From Chitinophagaceae bacterium (GTDB lineage Bacteria > Bacteroidota > Bacteroidia > Chitinophagales > Chitinophagaceae), in assembly GCA_017988595.1 (NCBI GenBank), contig JAGNRR010000001.1:1-33508 (forward strand): 33,508 nt of DNA, read 5' to 3'. Position 1 is the stretch's first letter. Each line of letters opens with the position of its first letter. Positions 16,651 to 24,361 of this stretch are shown in pieces. The position numbers and the translations under genes were made by a program. The notes under the pieces were generated by a model, which made no database searches, was not told the DNA's origin, and was given only the letters and a program-made list of their open reading frames with translations.

Positions 16651-19398
16651 TTACAAATATGTTGCGGTGTAGCTTTCTTTTACTTTTTTCAACCCTTCCA
16701 CTTCGCCAGCATATAAAAGTTGTCCGCCCTGTTCGCCACCTTCTTTTCCTAAATCAATTACCCAGTCGGCATTTTTAATAATATCCATATTATGTTCGAT
16801 AACAATTATCGAATGTCCTTGATCTATCAAGGCTTCAAAAGATTGTAATAATTTTTGAATATCATGAAAATGCAAGCCTGTTGTAGGCTCATCAAAAATG
16901 AAAAGTATATTTTTATTGGCATAAGATTTATCTATAAAAGAAGCCAATTTTACGCGCTGTGCTTCGCCACCGCTAAGTGTACTGCTGCTTTGCCCCAAAG
17001 CCACGTAGCCCAATCCCACATCTGCCAAGGTTTGCAATTTAGTTTTTATTTTTGTTTCCTTTTCAAAAAAAACGATGGCATCATCTACAGACAATTCTAA
17101 TATATCGGCAATATTTTTTTCTTTATACTTTACTTCCAGCAATTCTTCTTTAAATTTTTTTCCTTTACAGCTTTCACAAAGCAAATGCACATCGGCAAGA
17201 AATTGCATTTCTACAGTTATCGAACCTTCGCCTTTACACTCATCGCACCTGCCGCCATCTACATTAAACGAAAAATGACCCGATTTATACCCTCGAATTT
17301 TTGCTAATTTTTGCGCAGCAAATAAATTTCGTATTTCATCATAGGCTTTTACATAAGTTACTGGATTGGACCTTGAGGATCGACCAATTGGATTTTGATC
17401 CACCATTTCAATGTTTTTTATAGCTTTGACATCGCCTTTAAGTTCATCAAACAGTCCTGGTTTTACTTCATATTCACCTAATGCATTTTTTATAGCTGGA
17501 TATAAAAGTTGTTTTATCAAGGTTGTTTTTCCACTTCCACTAACGCCTGTAACTGCACAAATCATATTCAACGGAAATTCTACATCAATGTTTTTTAAAT
17601 TATGCTGTCGGCAACCCAATAACGAAATGCTGTTTACTTTTTTTATTTTTTTATTTTTCAAAAAAACTTTTTTTGCGCCGCTTAAGTATTGCGCTGTTAA
17701 ACTTTTTTTGTTTTTAAGAATGGTTTTGTAATCGCCAATTGCAACAACTTCTCCCCCATTTTTTCCAGCATAAACGCCCATGTCTATTATATAATCGGCG
17801 TGTTTCATAATCATTTCATCATGCTCTACAAGTACAATTGTATTGCCCAAATTTTTTAATTGTTGCAATACTTCTATCAATTTTGCAGTATCTCGAGAAT
17901 GTAAACCAATGCTGGGTTCATCCAAAATATAAAGGCTTTCACTAAGATTAGAACCTAAAATTCTGGTCAATTGCAAACGCTGACTTTCGCCACCGCTCAA
18001 GGTATTTGCACTTCGTGATAGTGTTAAATAATTTAAACCCACCATCATCAAGGTGTTCAATCGATTATTGATTTCTAAAATCAATCGTTCACTAATTTTT
18101 TTTGAAGTAACATCAAGTTTCAATGCATTCATCCAAACTTGCAATTTGTCAATGGGCATATCAAACAACGAAGCAATTGTAGTATTTTCAATTTTTACAT
18201 AGAGCGCTTCTTTTCTTAATTTGGTGCCATTGCACGAAGAACATTTTGTTTTTCCTCGATATCGAGCTTGCATAATTCGATATTGAATTTTATATAAATT
18301 TTGATTTACCATATTAAAAAAATCATCAATTCCGCCGTTGCCTTGCCATAAGAGTTGTGTTTCTTTTTCGGATAAATTTTTTATTGGTTTGTGAATGGGA
18401 AAAGAATTGTTTTTTGCGTTTCTAATAAATTCGTGTTTCCATTCGCTCATCTTATCGCCTTTCCAGCAAGCCACCGCATCGTCATAAATACTAAGGTTGG
18501 TGTTTGGAATAATAAGCTCTGGCGAAATGCCAATCATTTGTCCATAACCTTCGCATTGCGGACAAGCACCATAAGAATTGTTTGATGAAAAAAGATTTGC
18601 CGAAGGCTGATCAAATAACATCCCATCTTGCTCAAATCGATTGCAAAAATGATGCATCGTATTTTCTATTTCTAAAAAAGCATCGCCATTGGTTTCATCA
18701 AAAGCAAGCTGAATGCTATCTGCCAAACGATGCAATTCATCTTCTTCAAAATTTTTGCTCACCCAACGGTCTATTAAAATATAATCATCTTCATCGAAAC
18801 TGATTTTTTTAGTTGCAAGCAATTCTTCGATATTGCTGTAGGATTTATTTTTCAAATTATACAAGCGTGTAAAACCTTGTTGCAGAATTTCTTCGAGAAA
18901 ATAAGTTGGGTTTTTGTGTGCATGTTTTGGAAGTGGAATCAGCAATAATACTTTTTGTTTTTCGGGAAGCGAAGTGATAAAATTAATGACATCGCTCACA
19001 GTATCTTTTTTTACTTCTTTGCCGCTAATGGGCGAAAATGTTTTTCCGATTTTGGCAAAAAGCAAGCGCAAATAATCGTTGATTTCGGTAATAGACCCCA
19101 CAGAAGAACGTGTAGAACTGCTATTTACTTTTTGCTCAATGGCAATAGCAGGGCAAAGTCCTTCGATGCTGTCCACCAAAGGTTTGTTCATGTTTTTTAC
19201 AAATTGGCGCGCATAAGAACTCAGGCTTTCCATATAGCGCCGTTGTCCTTCGGCAAATAAGGTATCCATAGTTAAGGACGATTTTCCGCTGCCACTAACC
19301 CCAGTGATGACCACAAATTTTCCGATAGGAATATCGACACTTACATTTTTAAGGTTATGAAGTTTAGCCCCTTTTATTTTTATAACATTTTCTGACAT
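16651..19398 (-). CDS. uvrA: excinuclease ABC subunit A
   Basis: Two ABC ATPase modules (GVSGSGKSSL twice, LSGGE signatures twice) and the UvrA zinc modules (CPQCEGYG; GGRCDECKGEG...CESCKGKKF). The N-terminus IKIKGAKLHNLKN...FAEGQRRYMESLSSYARQF is canonical. Confidence 0.93.
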   Translation of the reverse strand: MSENVIKIKGAKLHNLKNVSVDIPIGKFVVITGVSGSGKSSLTMDTLFAEGQRRYMESLSSYARQFVKNMNKPLVDSIEGLCPAIAIEQKVNSSSTRSSVGSITEINDYLRLLFAKIGKTFSPISGKEVKKDTVSDVINFITSLPEKQKVLLLIPLPKHAHKNPTYFLEEILQQGFTRLYNLKNKSYSNIEELLATKKISFDEDDYILIDRWVSKNFEEDELHRLADSIQLAFDETNGDAFLEIENTMHHFCNRFEQDGMLFDQPSANLFSSNNSYGACPQCEGYGQMIGISPELIIPNTNLSIYDDAVACWKGDKMSEWKHEFIRNAKNNSFPIHKPIKNLSEKETQLLWQGNGGIDDFFNMVNQNLYKIQYRIMQARYRGKTKCSSCNGTKLRKEALYVKIENTTIASLFDMPIDKLQVWMNALKLDVTSKKISERLILEINNRLNTLMMVGLNYLTLSRSANTLSGGESQRLQLTRILGSNLSESLYILDEPSIGLHSRDTAKLIEVLQQLKNLGNTIVLVEHDEMIMKHADYIIDMGVYAGKNGGEVVAIGDYKTILKNKKSLTAQYLSGAKKVFLKNKKIKKVNSISLLGCRQHNLKNIDVEFPLNMICAVTGVSGSGKTTLIKQLLYPAIKNALGEYEVKPGLFDELKGDVKAIKNIEMVDQNPIGRSSRSNPVTYVKAYDEIRNLFAAQKLAKIRGYKSGHFSFNVDGGRCDECKGEGSITVEMQFLADVHLLCESCKGKKFKEELLEVKYKEKNIADILELSVDDAIVFFEKETKIKTKLQTLADVGLGYVALGQSSSTLSGGEAQRVKLASFIDKSYANKNILFIFDEPTTGLHFHDIQKLLQSFEALIDQGHSIIVIEHNMDIIKNADWVIDLGKEGGEQGGQLLYAGEVEGLKKVKESYTATYL

Positions 19399-19469
19399 CG
19401 AAAGCGCAAGTTACAACTGTTTGGGAAAATGAAAAGACATGAAATACTGATATTAAATTGAGAAAAAAA

Positions 19470-19536
19470 TTCACCTGGGTTGGTGTTTTCAATAACGAAC
19501 TTTTACTACTTGGGTTCGTATGTCATAAGACCAACG
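19470..19536 (+). repeat. intergenic element copy 1 (67-nt core), between the 256-aa gene and uvrA
   Basis: TTCACCTGGGTTGGTGTTTTCAATAACGAACTTTTACTACTTGGGTTCGTATGTCATAAGACCAACG. It matches copy 3 at 56/67 positions by hand alignment. Confidence 0.9.
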
Positions 19537-19597
19537 AGTACGGAAAGCTATACAGCCCACATTGTTTTTTGGTTTTTAGTGGTGGATGACAGTAGTA

Positions 19598-20368
19598 TTA
19601 ATCTTGCAATAAATAGAACCTTTTGAATTTCATTTCATCTTTCCAATCTCTGTTAGTCGATGTGGTTTTTTCTGAAGAGATAATTTCTAAAGTATCTTTG
19701 TTTATTTTTCCTTTAATTAAAACAAATACCTTTTCACCCTTTGGAATTTCTACCATTTCAAAATCCGTAATATTAGGTATCGTACCAAGTTTTTGATTTA
19801 TAATATTACTTTCTGTTATAAAATCAAATCTTTTACCTCTGGAGTTTAAAAGGTATTCCACTCTGATTGAAGCGAGTTTGTCATGGTTGGGAATATTAGC
19901 AAATGGAATTTCAATTGAATTACTCATTGATAGCTTCATGTTTACATCAATGTCCTTAATTTGAGAATCAAAATCATAACAGTATGTAATTTTAACATCT
20001 CGGTTTAGCAATTCAGAAGATTGGTCTGTTCGAAATCTTATAATATAAATATCCTGAGAATCTTTTTTAAAATGTAATCTTACATCACTTTCAAATACAT
20101 CATACTCATGTTTAAAAAAATAAAACCCTTTTTTCTTTGTCCATGTTCCTTCATAACTCTTCCAACTTCTACAGCCATAATCAGGTCTGCTCCAAAATTC
20201 AAATGTTGAATTCAGATTTAATGTAATTTCATTAATAGTTGGTTCATAAATCGACTTTATATTTGTAGAATCATAATAGGAATTGGAAATATTGATATAA
20301 GTTTGAGATTTGTCTTGAGCAAAAAGAAGATTGCTTATTAAAAGTAGAAATGCGATTTTGTAAGTCAT
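19598..20368 (-). CDS. secreted hypothetical protein (256 aa), cassette gene
   Basis: ORF with a signal peptide (IAFLLLISNLLFAQ). I recognise no family. It is flanked by element copies 1 and 2. Confidence 0.6.
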   Translation of the reverse strand: MTYKIAFLLLISNLLFAQDKSQTYINISNSYYDSTNIKSIYEPTINEITLNLNSTFEFWSRPDYGCRSWKSYEGTWTKKKGFYFFKHEYDVFESDVRLHFKKDSQDIYIIRFRTDQSSELLNRDVKITYCYDFDSQIKDIDVNMKLSMSNSIEIPFANIPNHDKLASIRVEYLLNSRGKRFDFITESNIINQKLGTIPNITDFEMVEIPKGEKVFVLIKGKINKDTLEIISSEKTTSTNRDWKDEMKFKRFYLLQD

Positions 20369-20385
20369 ATTTTGTGTTCCTCAAA

Positions 20386-20509
20386 AATTACTGCTAACTC
20401 CCAAATATAAGTATTTTTACATTATTTTCTTCAACAATTTTATTCACCTACCTTACTGTTTTCACCAATGAACTTTTACAACGTGGGTTCGTAGGTTATA
20501 AGACCAACG
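20386..20509 (+). repeat. intergenic element copy 2 (124 nt; core 20443-20509)
   Basis: It matches copy 3 at 109/124 positions by hand alignment and has the same length and orientation. Confidence 0.9.
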
Positions 20510-20527
20510 TTAACAAAGGCCTAGTTA

Positions 20528-21556
20528 TTATTTATCTTTATTGTTTATTAATTGAATTAATGTTTCTTTACTCGGCAAAACTGTCAAATATTTACTTGCA
20601 AAAATTTGTGTATTATTTTCTGGCAAAGTGAATTCTACTACTGCTTCGCTTTTGTTTTGGCATAAAATGATTCCTATTGTTTTATTTTCTTCTTCTAGTT
20701 TTATCTGCCTGTCATAATAGTTGACATACATTTGCATTTGTCCAATATCTTGGTGTTTTAGTTCTCCAATTTTTAAGTCAATAAGTACAAAGCATTTTAA
20801 AATTCTGTTGTAAAACACTAAATCTACTCTAAAATGTTTATCGTCAAAACTGATTCTATTTTGTCTAGCCACAAACGTAAATCCATTTCCTAATTCTAAT
20901 AAAAAGTGTTCTAACTTATCAATTAGTTTTTGTTCTAAATCGCTTTCAGAATAGTTGGAATTTTCAGGTAAGCCAATGAACTCTAAAATATAAGGGTCTT
21001 TTATTGCATCTTGTGGTTTTTCTAAGGTTTGCCCATTTGTAGAAAGTTGTAAAATTTCATTTTTGTCTTTGCTTAATGCCAAACGAGTATAAAGGGCTGA
21101 GTCATATTGTCGGTTCAGTTCTCGTAAACTCCAATTGTTCTTATATGATTCTATTTCATAAAATTTTCTTTCCTGTTCGTCATCAATTCTCATCAACTTC
21201 ATATAATGCGACCAACTTAAATTGAATTCGTCAGACAGTGTCTTACTTTTTTTAAATTCCGCAGACAGTGTCTGCGTTTTTGAATAAACAGAATAAAATT
21301 GACGAATTTGTTCTAGATTTCTTTGTGAAAACCCTTTTCCAAATTCTTGTGTTAATCGTTCAGAAAGCGATTTTATTATTTGTTTACCATAATCAGCTCT
21401 TTCTTTACCGTTTTGTTCTTCTTCTATTATCATTCTTCCGATTTCAAAATAGGTCAAAACCATCGTGTGATTTACGGTCTGCAATACTTTAGTTCTTGCA
21501 GAAATTAGTAATTCTGATATTTTGGTTGCTAACTCATTTGAAACAATTTTATTCAT
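20528..21556 (-). CDS. DUF1016/YhcG-family PD-(D/E)XK nuclease-like protein, cassette gene
   Basis: N-terminal helical region ...YFEIGRMIIEEEQNGKERADYGKQIIKSLSERLTQEFGKGFSQRNLEQIRQFY is typical of DUF1016. The C-terminal RVDLVFY...VLIDLKIGEL supplies a D...(D/E)xK nuclease motif. ATG 21556 (MNKIVSNE) is preferred over the track start at 21604. Confidence 0.8.
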   Translation of the reverse strand: MNKIVSNELATKISELLISARTKVLQTVNHTMVLTYFEIGRMIIEEEQNGKERADYGKQIIKSLSERLTQEFGKGFSQRNLEQIRQFYSVYSKTQTLSAEFKKSKTLSDEFNLSWSHYMKLMRIDDEQERKFYEIESYKNNWSLRELNRQYDSALYTRLALSKDKNEILQLSTNGQTLEKPQDAIKDPYILEFIGLPENSNYSESDLEQKLIDKLEHFLLELGNGFTFVARQNRISFDDKHFRVDLVFYNRILKCFVLIDLKIGELKHQDIGQMQMYVNYYDRQIKLEEENKTIGIILCQNKSEAVVEFTLPENNTQIFASKYLTVLPSKETLIQLINNKDK

Positions 21557-21630
21557 TATTTTTATTTCTAAATCTTGAACAAATATAGCAAATTTTAAAG
21601 TCATTTTGATTCAGCAATTTGGTATGGTCA

Positions 21631-21754
21631 AATTACTCTTAACTCCAAAAAATACGAAAGTTTACATTATTTTCTTCTACAATTTTATTCACCTACCTTA
21701 CTGTTTTCACCAATGAACTTTTACTACTTGGGCTCGTAAGTCATAAGACCAATG
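21631..21754 (+). repeat. intergenic element copy 3 (124 nt; core 21688-21754)
   Basis: See copies 1 and 2. It lies between the transglutaminase-like gene and the DUF1016 gene. Confidence 0.9.
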
Positions 21755-21774
21755 TGGGCAGAAAAGTATAATCC

Positions 21775-22701
21775 TTAAAATAGATTCAACACCCCATAAA
21801 CTTCTGGGCTGAGGAACGGACCACCAGGATAATTTTTGGTGTAATCCATATTTATCCAATAATCATTATTGTTATCGGTGTGGCTTTTTATAGGCTCATT
21901 TTTAATTTCATCCTTAAATAATTCTTGACGGATGAGGTAATTAATATTATCCATATCATATTGATTTCCAATAAATAATTCAGGATAAAGATGCCCTTTG
22001 GTTCTTATCAATCTAGCTTTTCCGCCAATGGCTTTGATGCATGCCGCCATCAAAATGGCATGGTCGTCGCAATCGCCCGAAAGCAATTTTGTAGATTCGC
22101 TGGCTTTGGCATAATATTCATTGGATTTTGGATCGCTCACATAATTCCAATTGGTATTTATTTTTTTAAACACCGCAAAACATTGAATCAACATTCGATA
22201 TTGATGATTTTTTTGGATATCATGAAAATTTTCCAAGGTGGCTTGCAATGCAAATTGGCGCACATCGGGATGATTAAAATTTACGGCATGAGTAATTTTG
22301 GTGGTGTTTGGGAAAATTGGAAATTTTGAAAACAACACATTTTCTTTATCCACCTCATAAAGCATGGCATAAACAATGGCTCTATAATCATTTGCCAAGG
22401 ACACAAAACCATAAGTATTTTTTATTGAGCCATAAGCTAAAAAAAGTATCACCGCCATCAAAGCGCCAAGTGCAAATGGTTTTATGGAAATCAATAACAA
22501 CTCTATCATCATCCATAAAAAAAGAAATAATAAAATTTCATCTAAGTGATAAGGAAAATGCACATTGGGAATGATACTATGAAAAAGCATAAACAATGGC
22601 AATAACAAAAAAACACTTAACAAATGAAGCACCCAATCGGCAAAACTAATTTTCCGTTGGGGTTCAATTACTTTTAATAATGTATTTTTTGCTTTGTTCA
22701 A
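21775..22701 (-). CDS. membrane-anchored transglutaminase-like cysteine protease-fold protein
   Basis: Three N-terminal hydrophobic helices are followed by a Cys-His-Asp arrangement typical of the transglutaminase-like core (SGDCDDHAILMAACIKAIG ... TKGHLYPE ... WINMD). Confidence 0.7.
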   Translation of the reverse strand: MNKAKNTLLKVIEPQRKISFADWVLHLLSVFLLLPLFMLFHSIIPNVHFPYHLDEILLFLFLWMMIELLLISIKPFALGALMAVILFLAYGSIKNTYGFVSLANDYRAIVYAMLYEVDKENVLFSKFPIFPNTTKITHAVNFNHPDVRQFALQATLENFHDIQKNHQYRMLIQCFAVFKKINTNWNYVSDPKSNEYYAKASESTKLLSGDCDDHAILMAACIKAIGGKARLIRTKGHLYPELFIGNQYDMDNINYLIRQELFKDEIKNEPIKSHTDNNNDYWINMDYTKNYPGGPFLSPEVYGVLNLF

Positions 22702-22788
22702 TTTAAAGATATATAGGCTATCAAAAAATAATTTTTCAAAGGTAATTAAAATTAGAATGATTAATTTTGAAAAATAAATTTATCCATT

Positions 22789-23754
22789 TTGACCAACGAC
22801 GACATTATCCAACATGCAAAAAAAACGATTCAATTAGAAGCCGATTCGCTTTTGCATCTTATCAATTATGTAAATACTTCTTTTGCTGATGCTGTGCAAC
22901 TTATTTCGTCATCAAAAGGGCGATTGGTAATTAGTGGTGTTGGCAAAAGTGCCTTGATAGCTCAAAAAATTGTAGCTACATTAAATAGTACAGGCACAGC
23001 AGCATTATTTATGCATGCCGCCGACGCTATCCATGGCGATTTGGGCATGATGCAAGAAAATGATATTGCAATGCTGATATCGAAAAGTGGCGAAAGCGAA
23101 GAAGTAAAAGTGCTTGTGCCATTGCTCAAAAATTTTAAACATCCCATCATTGCGCTTTGCGGAAATGAAACATCTTATTTAGCCACCCAAGCCGATTATT
23201 TTTTAAATTGTACGGTGAGCAAAGAAGCGTGTCCCAATAATTTGGCGCCAACAAGCAGCACCACAGCCCAATTGGCAATGGGCGATGCCTTGGCAATGTG
23301 TTTGCTTCAATTGAAAGGATTTTCGGCAAGCGATTTTGCAAAATTTCATCCTGGTGGTGCATTGGGCAAAAGAATGTATTTGAAAGTAATAGATCTTTCA
23401 TCGAAAAATGAAATTCCAAAAGTGTATGGCAACACTATTTTAAAAGAGATTATAAACGAAATAAGTTCCAAAAGATTGGGCGCAACTGCCGTGGTGGACA
23501 ATGAAAATAACTTGATTGGCATCATAACCGATGGCGATGTGCGACGAATGTTAGCAGACAAAGATGATTTGAAAAATATTACCGCCACCGATATTATGAC
23601 AAAAACATCCAAAACTATTTCGCCAAATGTGCTAGCTGTAGAAGGTTTAAATCTTATGCAAGAAAATAATATTTCGCAATTAATAGTTGCCGAAAATAAT
23701 ATATACATTGGCATCATTCATCTTCATGATTTATTAAAAGAAGGCTTAATATAA
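22789..23754 (+). CDS. kdsD: KpsF/GutQ-family arabinose-5-phosphate isomerase (SIS domain plus CBS pair)
   Basis: SIS motif (GRLVISGVGKSALIAQKIVATLNSTGT...ISKSGESEE) and a C-terminal tandem CBS pair. The start is TTG; there is no in-frame ATG nearby. Confidence 0.85.
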   Translation: MTNDDIIQHAKKTIQLEADSLLHLINYVNTSFADAVQLISSSKGRLVISGVGKSALIAQKIVATLNSTGTAALFMHAADAIHGDLGMMQENDIAMLISKSGESEEVKVLVPLLKNFKHPIIALCGNETSYLATQADYFLNCTVSKEACPNNLAPTSSTTAQLAMGDALAMCLLQLKGFSASDFAKFHPGGALGKRMYLKVIDLSSKNEIPKVYGNTILKEIINEISSKRLGATAVVDNENNLIGIITDGDVRRMLADKDDLKNITATDIMTKTSKTISPNVLAVEGLNLMQENNISQLIVAENNIYIGIIHLHDLLKEGLI

Positions 23755-23767
23755 AAAAAATATAACT

Positions 23768-24091
23768 ATGGAAAACCAAACTAGCAGCAACGAATCAATG
23801 GCATTGGTAAAAGTTCAAGAACAAAAAAACCAAGAAATTTTACGTTTAGCTCAAAGAAGAATACAATTCAAAAAAAATGCAATGCTTTTTGCGGTGGTAA
23901 ATATTTTTTTATGGTTGTATTATTGGAGTTACGATAGCGGATTTCTTATTGGAATAAGACCATTTTGGGTAACCTTAATATGGGGCGCATTTTTGGCAAA
24001 TGATTATTTTTCGATTTACAAAAAAAATGATTGGTTCGATGAAGAAAAGGAATACCAAAAAATTTTAGAGGAATTAAGGAATAAAAAATAA
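23768..24091 (+). CDS. 2TM-domain small membrane protein
   Basis: Two hydrophobic helices follow a basic stretch (RRIQFKKNAMLFAVVNIFLWLYYW ... WVTLIWGAFLANDYF), as in the 2TM family. Confidence 0.6.
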   Translation: MENQTSSNESMALVKVQEQKNQEILRLAQRRIQFKKNAMLFAVVNIFLWLYYWSYDSGFLIGIRPFWVTLIWGAFLANDYFSIYKKNDWFDEEKEYQKILEELRNKK

Positions 24092-24357
24092 TGTATAAAT
24101 TTTTTGAACTTATAATAGAATAAATTGGCTGGTTAAAGATATTTATATCTCCTACTTTACTTGGTGCAATCATTGGTTTATTAATTATAGAAAATTTAAA
24201 TTCTAAACTTGGAATTTATTTAGGAATATCAATTTTTATATTAGGAATTCTTATAGGAATAATTTGGGCAACAAGAGTTTTTAAAAGTAAAAAAGGAACG
24301 CAATCATTTTTGGCAAGAACAATGGCAACTCCTGAACTTGATAATAAAGATAAATAA
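24091..24357 (+). pseudogene. small two-helix membrane protein ORF with an in-frame TAA at codon 11 (24121-24123)
   Basis: The ATG overlaps the upstream stop (TAATG). The reading is MYKFFELIIE*IGWLKIFISPTLLGAIIGLLIIENLNSKLGIYLGISIFILGILIGIIWATRVFKSKKGTQSFLARTMATPELDNKDK*. After the TAA, 77 codons stay open and are strongly membrane-like, yet there is no ATG/GTG/TTG until near the end. Confidence 0.45.
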
Positions 24358-24361
24358 TTTT

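Noticed and set aside
19510-19536. tRNA fragment / att site inside the repeated element (GGGTTCGTA resembles a T-arm GGTTCGA)
   Set aside because: I could find no acceptor stem, anticodon arm or CCA-proximal pairing around it, and the resemblance is limited to about 7 nt.
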